Source: an uncultured Verrucomicrobiae bacterium (GTDB lineage: Bacteria > Verrucomicrobiota > Verrucomicrobiia > Limisphaerales > JAFGQR01). From it: a stretch of 64,000 bases of DNA. A program made the position numbers and the translations under genes. Numbering within the stretch: the stretch's first letter is position 1; each line of letters begins with the position of its first letter. Positions 54,242 through 63,699 of the stretch are shown here, in pieces. A model generated the notes under the pieces. It saw only the letters and a list, made by a program, of their open reading frames with translations, was not told the origin of the DNA and ran no database searches. Location of the stretch: contig CAWBHS010000026.1 in assembly GCA_963788655.1 (NCBI GenBank), positions 32,001 to 96,000 on the forward strand, in the 5' to 3' direction.

Positions 54242-55882
54242 ATGAAAGAGACGGAATCACTCCAATTTAAAATCGCGACCGAAGAATGGGAAATCGAAGC
54301 CATTCATCGGCTCAACTACCAGACGTTCGTCGAGGAAATCCCGCAACACGAACGGAATCCCGAGGAACGGCTGGTGGACAAGTTCCACGCCGAAAACACG
54401 TATGCAATTTGTCTGCACGGCGGGCAATTGGTCGGGATGGTGGCCGGGCGGAGCAACCGTCCGTTTTCACTCGACCAAAAGTTGCCGGACCTGGACCAGC
54501 ATCTGCCTCCGGAGCGGCGGGTGATCGAAGTGCGTTTGTTGTCGGTCGAAAAGGCCTATCGCAATGGATTTGTTTTTTCGCGGTTGACGGGTTTGTTGGC
54601 GCAACATTTCCGGTCGCTGGGATTTGATTTGGCGATCATTTCGGGCACGGTGCGCCAGTTGCGCTTGTACAAGCATTTGGGCTTCGTTCCCTTCGGACCG
54701 CTGGTGGGTCCGGCGGAGGCGCAATTCCAGCCGATGTATCTAACGCTGGAAACCTTTGCCCAAGTGGCCAAGTCGCTATCGCCGCCGTCGGCCGACACCG
54801 AGAAAATCATCTCCAATTATCTGCCTGGACCGGTGGACGTCCACGTTGAGGTGCGGAAAGCTTTCGAGCGCGGGCCGGTTTCGCACCGTTCGGACTCGTT
54901 TATGGCGGATTTCCAAAACACCAAGAAGCGGCTGTGCGCGATGACCGGCGCGCGGCACGTGGAAATCCTGGTCGGCTCCGGCAGTCTGGCGAATGACGCG
55001 GTCTGCGCCCAACTGACGCTACTGAAGAAGCCCGGCCTGGTGTTGAGCAACGGTGAGTTTGGCGACCGATTGATCGATCATGCGACGCGGCAGGGGCTCG
55101 AGTTTGAAACGCTCCGAGTCGAATGGGGCGAGCCGTTCGACTATGCGGAAGTGCGCCGGCAGGTTGCCGGTCGCGCGAATCCCGGTTGGATGTGGGCGAC
55201 CCATTGCGAAACGTCCACCGGCATTTTAAACGATCTGGAGTTGCTGAAGCAGATCAGCCGCGAACACGACTGCAAGTTGTGCCTGGATTGTATCAGTGCC
55301 ATTGGCACCGTGCCGTTGGATTTGCACGATATTTACCTGGCTTCATGCGTCAGTGGCAAAGCGCTGGCCTCCTATCCGGGCTTGTCGATGGTGTTCTACA
55401 ATCACGAATTAACTCCCGCCCCCCAGTCACTGCCGCGTTACCTCGACCTGGGATATTATGCCGCGCAGTCCGGCGTGCCGTTCACGCACTCTTCGAATTT
55501 AGTCTATGCCCTGCAAACCGCGTTGACCCGGATGGATTGGCCGGAAAAATACGCGCAGATCGCCGACGTGGCGGTTTGGCTGCGTGGCCGATTGCGGGAA
55601 TTGGGCTTTCAGATTGTGGCGCCGGACGAGCATGCGTCGCCGGCGGTGGTCAGCATTGCGTTGCCGTTGGAAATCAGTTCCAAAGCGGTGGGTTGGCAAT
55701 TGCGCAAGGAGGGTTATCTGCTCAGCTATAACAGCGAGTATTTGCGGAAGCGGAACTGGATCCAGGTCTGCCTGATGGGCGAATGGTCGCGCGACCCCCT
55801 CGAGGCGCTGCCGAACGTGATGGCCGAACTGTGCTCGCAGCGCCGGCTGCGAAAAGATAGCACCCAACTCCAGCCGGCGTAA
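54242..55882 (+). CDS. Fusion of a GNAT N-acyltransferase and a class-V PLP aminotransferase
   Basis: N-terminal ~175 aa GNAT (IHRLNYQTFVEE, EVRLLSVEKAYR, LYKHLGFVPFG); then LPGPV, SHRS..F, SNGEFGDRL, HCETSTG.LN, LDCISAIG, SGKAL..PGL (PLP lysine). Starts immediately after the plsY stop. Confidence 0.9.
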   Translation: MKETESLQFKIATEEWEIEAIHRLNYQTFVEEIPQHERNPEERLVDKFHAENTYAICLHGGQLVGMVAGRSNRPFSLDQKLPDLDQHLPPERRVIEVRLLSVEKAYRNGFVFSRLTGLLAQHFRSLGFDLAIISGTVRQLRLYKHLGFVPFGPLVGPAEAQFQPMYLTLETFAQVAKSLSPPSADTEKIISNYLPGPVDVHVEVRKAFERGPVSHRSDSFMADFQNTKKRLCAMTGARHVEILVGSGSLANDAVCAQLTLLKKPGLVLSNGEFGDRLIDHATRQGLEFETLRVEWGEPFDYAEVRRQVAGRANPGWMWATHCETSTGILNDLELLKQISREHDCKLCLDCISAIGTVPLDLHDIYLASCVSGKALASYPGLSMVFYNHELTPAPQSLPRYLDLGYYAAQSGVPFTHSSNLVYALQTALTRMDWPEKYAQIADVAVWLRGRLRELGFQIVAPDEHASPAVVSIALPLEISSKAVGWQLRKEGYLLSYNSEYLRKRNWIQVCLMGEWSRDPLEALPNVMAELCSQRRLRKDSTQLQPA

Positions 55883-56067
55883 CGTGCTGCCGGCATCTTG
55901 CCGGCAGTTGGCGGCGTTCGTGGCCCCAGACATACGCCCATCAGGATGCTTCGGTCTTCGCACGTCGCAACGTTCCAAACTTGCTGAGGACGCACTCCGC
56001 GGCTTTTTCTGGACGCCTGCCAATGTCGCGCCAGCGTTTGGAGTGCGTGGCGCTTGCTCCCGCTTTC
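55881..56067. repeat. Intergenic palindromic repeats
   Basis: AACGTGCTGCCGGCATCTTGCCGGCAG and GCGCCAGCGTTTGGAGTGCGTGGCGCTTGCTCCCGCTTT, matching families at ~852 and ~35084. Confidence 0.7.
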
Positions 56068-56252
56068 CCAACGCGTGCGTGCATCCGCCTTCTCTGACGG
56101 CCGGAAGCGGACGTCCGCTGGCGCGACTGATCGTCTGCCGGCATTGCGTCATTCTGAATGGTCCTGCAGTGTTGCGCTACCGGTCTTTGACCCTCGGAAC
56201 GTGGTTCGCTCCGGCTTTGACCCCGCCATGTCGGGCTGTTACAAAGGGATTC

Positions 56253-56900
56253 ATGCGCAATACAGCCGCCACGATTCTCGTTTTCCTGAGCGGTTTTGCC
56301 ATTATGGTGCTCGAGATTATCGGGGCGCGGTTTTTGGCCAAAGATTTTGGGGGTTCGTTTTACGTGTGGGTCAGCCAGATTGGGGTGGTGCTGGCAGCCT
56401 TGGCGGCAGGGTATTACGCCGGTGGCGCCTTGGCGGATAGGTTTCAACGGCTGTCTGTTTTGGGGTGGCTGTTGATTCCCGCGGCGGTTATCACGTGGTT
56501 TATCCCGGAGTTTTCCGGACGAATTGTCGAGGCCTTGATCATGCGACATCCCGTGGACCGGGCAATCCCGTTACTGTGGCAAAAGCTCGATCCGGCGATG
56601 GGCAGCGCGGCGGTTTTTGGGCTGCCGTGTTTCGTGTTGGCGATGTTGCCGCCGTTCATGATCCGGTTGGCAGCCCGGCACCTGGAGCGGGTGGGACAAA
56701 CGAGTGGATTGATCTTTGCGGCCAGTACGGTGGGCAGCATCGTCGGGGTGTTTGTTTCCGGTTACGTATTGATTGAGGTGCTGACGGTGACGCACATTTT
56801 TCGAATAACTGGCGCGCTAACGGGGTTATTAGGGGTGAGTTGCCTGGCGGTGAGCCGGTGGTTTGGCGCCGAGCGCACCCAGGCCGAAGTTGAGTCATGA
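56253..56900 (+). CDS. Membrane domain of the 'fused MFS/spermidine synthase' family
   Basis: FLSGFAIMVLEIIGARFLAKDFGGSFYVW..IGVVL.ALAAGYYAGG.LADR, FAASTVGSIVG; ATG 56253. Confidence 0.82.
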   Translation: MRNTAATILVFLSGFAIMVLEIIGARFLAKDFGGSFYVWVSQIGVVLAALAAGYYAGGALADRFQRLSVLGWLLIPAAVITWFIPEFSGRIVEALIMRHPVDRAIPLLWQKLDPAMGSAAVFGLPCFVLAMLPPFMIRLAARHLERVGQTSGLIFAASTVGSIVGVFVSGYVLIEVLTVTHIFRITGALTGLLGVSCLAVSRWFGAERTQAEVES

Positions 56901-57838
56901 GAACACGAATTGTTGGATTTGTTTTAGGTGTCCTGCTGGCTTTCGCGGGTACGGTTACGACGTTGGCGCAGGGCAAAGTGGTCTTCGAGGCCACCTCGCC
57001 GTATCACCATATTCGCGTGCTGGACGATAATTGGGTGCGCACACTGAGTTTCGATGGATCGACCGAGAGCCAGATGTCGCTCACCGATCCGTTGCGTCGG
57101 CACTTCGAATACACCGAGTATTTCCAAATGCCCTGGCTGTGGAATGGCAAGATTTCGCGGGTGCTGATGATTGGTCTGGGCGGCGCCAGCGCGCAACGGG
57201 CTTACGAGCATTACTATCCGCAAGTGACGGTGGAAACGGTGGAACTGGACCCGATGGTGGTCAAGGTGGCCAAGGAATACTTCCACTTCAAGGAAGGCGA
57301 CCGACAAAAGGTTTTTGTCGAGGATGGCCGGGTATTTTTGCGGCGTAATTCACAGCAATACGATGTGATTGTCATTGATGCTTACACCACCGGACGGTAT
57401 GGGTCATCGATTCCGTATCACCTGGCGACGAAGGAGTTTTTTGAGTTGGTAAGCAAGCGATTGGAGACCAATGGCGTCGTGGCCTACAACGTGATTGGTT
57501 CGCTGCGCGGTTTCCAGGCCGACATCCTGGGAGCCATGTATCGGACCATGCGATCAGTGTTTCCGCAAGTGTACCTGTTCCCGGCCCGGTCATCGGACAA
57601 CGTTGTCCTCGTGGGAACCAAATCGGCCGACAAAGTGACGTTGAGCGAACTGCAGCGACGGGCCAACGCGCTCATCAACGCCAAGCGCATCACGTTGTGG
57701 AGTTTTCGTTCGCGGTTGGCGTCGTTTCGTTCCGAGCCGCCACCGAATGCGCGATCGTCTCCCCTGCTGACCGATGATTTTGCGCCGGTGGACGGCTTGC
57801 TCAACAGCCGCAGCTTGGGGCCCTTGAAACTGAAATAG
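56897..57838 (+). CDS. Spermidine-synthase-like SAM-binding protein
   Basis: SPYHHIRV, VLMIGLGGAS, VELDP.VV.VA..YF, EDGR.FL, YDVIVIDAY, PYHLATKEFF, LTDDFAPVD; ATGA overlap with the upstream gene. Confidence 0.85.
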   Translation: MRTRIVGFVLGVLLAFAGTVTTLAQGKVVFEATSPYHHIRVLDDNWVRTLSFDGSTESQMSLTDPLRRHFEYTEYFQMPWLWNGKISRVLMIGLGGASAQRAYEHYYPQVTVETVELDPMVVKVAKEYFHFKEGDRQKVFVEDGRVFLRRNSQQYDVIVIDAYTTGRYGSSIPYHLATKEFFELVSKRLETNGVVAYNVIGSLRGFQADILGAMYRTMRSVFPQVYLFPARSSDNVVLVGTKSADKVTLSELQRRANALINAKRITLWSFRSRLASFRSEPPPNARSSPLLTDDFAPVDGLLNSRSLGPLKLK

Positions 57839-57879
57839 GCGTTGGTTGTGGCCGATTCAATGATGTTCTAAAGTGACTT

Positions 57880-58865
57880 GTGTCTGTTGAACGAATCTTG
57901 GTTTTAGTTGCCTTGGGAACTGTCTTGCTGGCCGGAGCGGCAAGCGGTTCCTCGCATGTATCGTCTCCAGTCTATTACCGTGGAATGTGCGATGCCTCGG
58001 CCGGGGTGGCCGTTTCCTCAAACCTATTCGTGGCAGCGGACGATGAAGGAGACCAGCTTCGCTTGTTTAGCGCGGACCGGGGCGGGCCGGCTTTGCGCAC
58101 GTACGATGTGCGCGGGTTTCTCAACCTGACGGGCGATCATCCCGAAGCCGACTTCGAGGGTGCTGCGTGGTTGGGAGACAAAGTGTTCTGGATCAGTTCC
58201 CACGGACGGAATCGCGAAGGCAAGTACCGGGCAAACCGGCACTGCTTTTTTGCCACCACCATTCGTGAAGACAAATATGGAGTCCATTTGATGCCGGTGG
58301 GATTTTGTTACAAAAATCTGCTGACGGATCTAATTTTTGAACCGCGACTGCGGCCGTTCAATTTGGCAGGGGCTTCGGTCCTGCCGCCCAAAGCCAAAGG
58401 GGGGTTGAATATCGAAGGCTTGTGCGCCACGGCCGATGGGCATCTGTTGATCGGGTTTCGCAATCCCCTGCCGAAAGGACGGGCGCTGATCGTTCCGATA
58501 TTGAATCCGGACGAAGTCATCCGTGGCATTTCCGCGCGGTTTGGCGATCCGGTGTTGCTTGATTTGGGCGGCTTGGGCATTCGGGATATGGGGTATTGGA
58601 AGGGGAAGATTTACCTTCTGGCGGGATCGTATGATACCGAAAAAAAGTTCCGGTTGTATCAATGGGGTGGCGGAGCGGAGGCGCCGAAACTAATGCCGAA
58701 AATCGATTTCAAGAAACTGAATCCGGAAGCCTTGGTGTTCTATCCGAATCAACGCGGTTCCAAGTGCTCAGCGATGACGGGACGCGCAAAGTCGAGGGCG
58801 TCAAGTGCAAGGAGTTGGCCGACCCCGCGCAGAAGCGGTTTCGCAGTGCCTGGGTCTCGCCGTAA
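57880..58865 (+). CDS. Secreted DUF3616-like beta-propeller protein (frameshift near 58750)
   Basis: Signal peptide; CDASAG, VAADDE, DFEGAA, ISSHGRN, GLNIEGL, IGFRNP, LGGLGIRD, NPEAL; C-terminus VLSDDG..FRSAWVSP in the 58662-58865 frame. Confidence 0.75.
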
Positions 58866-59006
58866 ACCATCCCTAAATCGACGCTTTGGTGCGGCTGGGC
58901 AGGAGCGCAGATATTCCAATCGGTTCGAACGGCCCACCACCATTCGAGCCAACAAGAATGTCAGCGCTCCTTTCGTTGTGGTCCGCCGCGTCGGGAAACA
59001 CCCTGG

Positions 59007-59468
59007 CTAAAGTGAAATGAAACGCGGTTCGAGGTCATGCTCCCCTGTTTCCATCACCACCACCGTGCGCGGAAGGTTGAAGCGAGGTTTGCCGGCGTAA
59101 CCGGGATTCAAATACAGGGTCTCACCGATCGTCTCACTGAACGGGCGGTGGGTATGGCCAAATACGACAACATCCGGTGCTTCGCGAGCGATACGCAATT
59201 TGAGTTGTTCCTCGAGCGAATGCACCGCAACGATGTGATGCACGAGGAACTTGCGCGCCTCCAGCGTAACCACCTCGGTGAGATTGGCATGAACCAGCGA
59301 ATCGGTGTTACCCAGCACAGCGGTTACCGGTGCGATTCGCTCGAGCTCGAGCAGCACCGAGTGCAAACCAATGTCGCCGGCATGGAGGATGTGTTGCACC
59401 CCGGCGAAAATTTCCGGGATTTGAGGATCAACGAAACCGTGTGTGTCTGAAATGATGCCGATTAACAT
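59007..59468 (-). CDS. YfcE-family metallophosphoesterase
   Basis: ISDTHG, HAGDIG, VLGNTD, FGHTHRP, NPG. Confidence 0.92.
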   Translation of the reverse strand: MLIGIISDTHGFVDPQIPEIFAGVQHILHAGDIGLHSVLLELERIAPVTAVLGNTDSLVHANLTEVVTLEARKFLVHHIVAVHSLEEQLKLRIAREAPDVVVFGHTHRPFSETIGETLYLNPGYAGKPRFNLPRTVVVMETGEHDLEPRFISL

Positions 59469-59539
59469 GCGAATTTAGGCCGGCCATTGATGACAATTCC
59501 ATTGGCCGAAAAAAGCACCAGCAGCCGAAAGGGGCCGAC

Positions 59540-60175
59540 TCAGGCTTTGGCTTCTTCCGGTTCGGGGTCTCCCGCGACTTCGGCTGGTTCTTCTTCCGCC
59601 TCCGCCAATTTCTTTTCTTCTTTGGATTCGCTCGGGGCGGTGAGTTTCATTGAGGCGGCAAAAAGCCCGGTGAACAGGCCCCCACTGAGCAGCGTGTTGC
59701 GGAAGAAAGTCCACGTGGGCGGATAGCCGGGAATACCGGTGCTGAGCGCTTGAATCCAGCCGGCAAGTGTTTTGGGGTAGCCGGGATTCTGGATCCAAGC
59801 CGCAGTGTTCGTGAACAAATAAAACACCAGCGCCCCCAGTATCCCTCCCAGCACCAGGCGAATCCAGGGCATCCGGGCCGAGTGCTGGCGCCCCAACCAG
59901 ATCAACGCGAAATAGACCGGATAATTGAGCAGCATGTAGCCGTTCAGCGGTGCTGTGTGGTAGTAAAACAAATTGAGCAAAACGTCGGTGACCGCCAACG
60001 TGCCCAACGGCAGCCAATAGGCCAGGTGACGCGGAAAATAAACGCCCGCGCAAAACGCCAGGGCATACGCGGCGCTGAAGTTCTTCAGCTCGTCGGGCCA
60101 AAGACCGGGCCAGCGAGTTAACGCAAAGGCCAGCATCAGAATGATCGGCAAAGCGGCATTCCATTTCTCTTTCAC
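59540..60175 (-). CDS. Integral membrane protein, DUF6580 / ECF S-component-like
   Basis: Five to six TMs; NFSAAYALAFCAG, FYLFTNTAAW, YPKTLAGWIQA, FFRNTL. Confidence 0.6.
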   Translation of the reverse strand: MKEKWNAALPIILMLAFALTRWPGLWPDELKNFSAAYALAFCAGVYFPRHLAYWLPLGTLAVTDVLLNLFYYHTAPLNGYMLLNYPVYFALIWLGRQHSARMPWIRLVLGGILGALVFYLFTNTAAWIQNPGYPKTLAGWIQALSTGIPGYPPTWTFFRNTLLSGGLFTGLFAASMKLTAPSESKEEKKLAEAEEEPAEVAGDPEPEEAKA

Positions 60176-60397
60176 AGCGCCGGATCATAAGCGAAGAAGC
60201 CTGCAAGACAAGCGCTTGATTTCGGGGAAGCCAAGCCTGGATTTTTGCCGCGTCGGAGCATGGACTCTCGCCGGGCATTCCTTGTTTGGCACCTACGTAG
60301 CAACGGTACGAGATGCGTTACGATAGCGTTTGGAGTTCAGGTTATTGATGTTTACTCGTGCTTTTTGGCAAACGTGGCATAAATCATTGGAAATCCC

Positions 60398-61149
60398 ATG
60401 ACTGACGGATTGGAACAATTGGAAATTGTCTTTCGAAGACCACGGGCTGTTGGCGGTGAACAAACCCGCGGGGCTCCTGAGCCATCCGACCAAGCCGGAT
60501 GGATATTCCAGCCTTGTCAGTCGCGTCCGGAATTACTTGGGCCCGAAGATGCAGCTTCATTTGCTCAACCGATTGGATCGGGAAACGAGTGGATTGGTCT
60601 TGATGGCCAAGGAGTATGGAGCCATGCGCATTTTGCGTTGGCGGTGGGAACGCCGAGAGGTTCGGAAGGAATACTTGGCGATTGTCCATGGACATGTTTC
60701 GCCGGAACAAGGATTTATCGATGCGCCGCTGGGCCCGGATGACCGCAGCCAGATTGCCGTGAAGAATGCCGTGCGGCCTGATGGCTGCCTGGCGCAGACC
60801 AGCGTACAGGTTGGAACGTCGGTTTTCCCGAATCGAAGGGGATTTTTCCCTGCTTCGCGTTTGGCCCGTAACCGGACGCAAGCACCAGATTCGAATCCAT
60901 CTGGCGCACCTCGGACACCCGGTGGTGGGCGACAAGCTCTACGGCGAGGACGAGGATTGCTATTTGGCCCTTGTCCGAAAACAGCTTACGAGTGAACAAC
61001 AAAGCCGATTGATCCTTGCCCATCACGCGCTCCACGCCCGCGCGGTGGGTTTTGAATGGGGCGGTAAGTGGCTGGTGTTGCAGGCGAAACCGGAAAACTG
61101 CTTCCTGGAATTTCTCTTGGCAGAGCGGGGCCAATCAACTAAGCCGTGA
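60398..61149 (+). CDS. RluA-family pseudouridine synthase (frameshifts at ~60430 and ~60810)
   Basis: [68 protein letters not shown]. Confidence 0.9.
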
Positions 61150-61156
61150 CTATTCA

Positions 61157-61289
61157 GTAGGACAGGCGTCCCGCCGGTCCCGAACGAGTGCCAACCAACA
61201 ACTTGTATCACGGCGCCGTGAGTTTTCCCATGTCACCAAACGGTGAGGATGCCTTGAGTTATCCGAGACAGGCGAGACGCCTGTCCTAC
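61157..61289. repeat. GTAGGACAGG-type REP doublet
   Basis: GTAGGACAGGCGTCCCGCC ... GACAGGCGAGACGCCTGTCCTAC; related copies at ~35406, ~40372 and ~53306-53430. Confidence 0.75.
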
Positions 61290-61446
61290 CCCGCCGAACT
61301 GCCTCCTCGCCGCGCCAGCCACTGAATTGATACGGCTAACACCCATGCCTTTGGCACACGAGAAAGCGCGGTAAACACGTAAGTGTTTATCAGTTAGCGC
61401 ATTGCACAAATGGACTGAGGGTGCGGTAACTATTTAGAAAGTGTTC

Positions 61447-61494
61447 AAAAAAAATTAAAAAAATGTTGACACGGAATTGTTGACCTGAGATATT
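61447..61494 (+). promoter_or_regulatory. Strong sigma70-type promoter with A-tract UP element
   Basis: AAAAAAAATTAAAAAAA, then TTGACA (61466)-17 nt-GATATT with an upstream TG. Confidence 0.6.
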
Positions 61495-61535
61495 TGGCGC
61501 ACACACAGAAAATCAAAATAAAGTCACTAGTCATT

Positions 61536-62204
61536 ATGAGAACAAAATCATTAATTCTATCAGCAATGGTGGGCATCGCAGGAGTTGTCTCCTCGTTCGC
61601 TCAAGGAAATGTTTATTCGGTCAATGTGGTTGGTTATATCAACCTGGACTTGCCGCCGGGTTCTCGATGATTGCCAATCAACTTGACAACGGCCAGGGCA
61701 ACTTGGTCACAGGACATAATTCCGGAACCCCAGGAATACCCGTTGGCACAAAGGTGTTACAAATTCAATGGTATTTCCTATGACACGTGACTTATCAGGG
61801 GGTTCCTTTCGAACCGTGGATCTGACAACCCTCGCTGAACCATGACCATGGCACCAGGCGAAGGCGTGTTTGTATCAATCCAAGCAGTCCTACGCCAATC
61901 AACGTCACATTCGTTGGTGAAGTGATGCAGGGAACGTTGGTTAACCCAGTCAGCACTGGATTTGGAATCTACAGTGCCATGGTGCCTCAAGACGGGCGGT
62001 ATTCAGTCCGGCATAATTACGTTCGCCTATCCAAACGACAAGGTATTACAGATTCGATGGAATTGCCTACGGCAACCTCCACGTATCGTGGGGCTCCATT
62101 TAACGGTTGGAGCGCCCCTGGTGAGCCCGTGCTTACAGTTGGCGAGGCTTCTTCATTCAACGTCCGTGGCCAAAGACTGGTCTCGGGATTTCACCGTTCA
62201 ATAA
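61536..62204 (+). CDS. Secreted Verrucomicrobia-type 'VYSxNVVGY' protein, multiply frameshifted
   Basis: Not intact in the ORF track: MRTKSLILSAMVGIAGVVSSFAQGNVYSVNVVGYINL..; later pieces MIANQLDNG, PGEGVF, FVGEVMQG, PV.TVGE and C-terminal WSRDFTVQ lie in different frames. Confidence 0.7.
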
Positions 62205-62257
62205 GCGAAATCTAAAACATACCAATTAATCAAAAAATCCCAATAAAACACAATCAT

Positions 62258-62785
62258 ATGAAAAAACTAATCCTAATCACAACTTTTCTTGCTGCTGGGG
62301 ATGTGGGCCTTATGGCTCAAGGGCTTGTTAAGTTTACGAACGATCCGGCTGAATACCCAGATTCTGTTGATCGCCTGTTTTATCAGTCACCTGGTGTTCC
62401 CATCAGCAGTGATCAATGGAGTGCTACCTTGCAGGAGAACGTAGGTGGAACGTGGCGCTCGGTCGGGGCAGCAGTGAACTTCTATGGCGACTTCGGTGGA
62501 GCATACCCCGAATATGCCGGAATTTGGCCGGATGATTCCAATCTTAGAGTTCTTTTTGTTCCCCCACTGACGCAGACTTCACTGCGAGTTGCGGTCGACG
62601 ACGGTGCCGGTAATACTTACTTCACTCCAGCATTCGACTTTACGCAGGCCTATCAGTTCCTCCGTCTCCCGATGATGTGCTGATGCTTAATCTCCCGGGC
62701 CTTTGCACGTTCCGAACCGTCCACCATCGCCTTGGGCGTGCTGGGGCTTGGAGCTTTGTTATTGTTCCGCCGTCGTAAGAACTAA
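62258..62785 (+). CDS. PEP-CTERM sorting-domain protein, frameshifted near its 3' end
   Basis: Signal peptide MKKLILITT..AQG; the 3' end reads V(P)EPSTIALGVLGLGALLLFRRRKN-stop at ~62709-62785. Confidence 0.85.
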
Positions 62786-62802
62786 GTTAGTGTGTTCTCA
62801 TC

Positions 62803-62833
62803 AAGCCGCCCGAAAGGGCGGCTTTTTTGTTTT
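62803..62833 (+). terminator. Rho-independent terminator
   Basis: AAGCCGCCC-GAAA-GGGCGGCTT followed by TTTTGTTTT. Confidence 0.9.
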
Positions 62834-62885
62834 CAATTGACTTTGGCGGCAATCAATTCTAAACAGATCATTGCTCGTGGCGCCA

Positions 62886-62960
62886 GGCGCGTTCGTCTAT
62901 CGGCTAGGACACGGCCCTCTCAAGGCTGAAAGACGGGTTCGATTCCCGTACGCGCTGCCA
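62886..62960 (+). tRNA. tRNA-Glu(CTC)
   Basis: GGCGCGTTCGTCTATCGGCTAGGACACGGCCCTCTCAAGGCTGAAAGACGGGTTCGATTCCCGTACGCGCTGCCA; TTGACT-17-TAAACA upstream at 62837. Confidence 0.95.
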
Positions 62961-62990
62961 AGCTTTTTGTTGTTCCCGGAAGAAGCTTAG

Positions 62991-63170
62991 CCACGAATGG
63001 CCACGAATAAACACGAATGAAGTCAACCGTTCTCTACTTAAAGTGACTGGCAAAATGCTTCAACGGTGCCCTTGAATCCCAAACAGGATGTCAACTCAAC
63101 GGGTCAATTCTTCGGGAGACACGAATTGCACGAATTATCACCAATTCGTGAAAATTGGTGCAATTCGTGT
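62991..63170. repeat. CACGAAT short-unit repeats and inverted repeat
   Basis: CCACGAATGGCCACGAATAAACACGAAT; ACACGAATTGCACGAATT...AATTCGTGAAAATTGGTGCAATTCGTGT. Confidence 0.65.
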
Positions 63171-63261
63171 CAACTCTGTTCTGAGATCCCATGGTGGATT
63201 CGTGTTCCTTCATGATCCTTGGCTTAAGAATTCCGGTTGAAAGTTGCTGCCAATTGGACCA

Positions 63262-63627
63262 ATGCGACCTTTCCAAATCATTTTCAATCCGACCAGCGCT
63301 GCTGAATTGGGCAAAATGCCCAAGGATCTGCAACTTCACATTTTGGGCGAGTTCCGCGGGCTGCCGCAAGAGGTGATCAGCACCGAACTGGAGCGGTTCG
63401 GCAAATTGGAGCGAGCTGGTCGAATATTGCACCGCTTCCGTCTGGGGGACTACCGGATTTACTTCGAACGCCACGAACTCGGTGTGGTCGTTCACCGCAT
63501 TCTCAGCAAGAATACGTTGAAAGATTTCCTGTTCCGCTCGAGCCTGCCGGTGGGAGAAGATGAAGCGCTTCAGGATAACCCAAAATTCTGGGAGTTGATC
63601 GAATCCGCCAAATCCGTCACCGCGTGA
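63262..63627 (+). CDS. RelE/ParE-fold protein without an adjacent antitoxin
   Basis: FQIIFNPTSAAELGKMP..Q, GKL, HRFRLGDYRIYF..VVVHRI, plus a ~35-aa C-terminal extension. Confidence 0.7.
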   Translation: MRPFQIIFNPTSAAELGKMPKDLQLHILGEFRGLPQEVISTELERFGKLERAGRILHRFRLGDYRIYFERHELGVVVHRILSKNTLKDFLFRSSLPVGEDEALQDNPKFWELIESAKSVTA

Positions 63628-63699
63628 AACTGACGGTTTGACGATGCACCGAATCGTCCGGCGAATGGTGGGCATACTCGTGGATGTCCATTCCGCCTT

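Noticed and set aside
55884..56252. N-terminal extension of the 338-aa ORF 55884-56900
   Set aside because: It translates intergenic palindromic repeats; family similarity begins at ATG 56253.
11893..62785. Many split genes (FtsK, waaA, pilT, yceD, GH39, GH9, histidine kinase, DUF3616, rluA, PEP-CTERM) read as pseudogenes or programmed frameshifts
   Set aside because: The breaks hit unrelated and normally essential genes such as waaA, all motifs remain intact, and no shared slippery site is evident. Long-read indel error is the simplest explanation.
43113..62960. tRNA-anchored prophage or genomic island
   Set aside because: No integrase, no phage genes and no duplicated tRNA 3' ends were seen; flanking genes are housekeeping.
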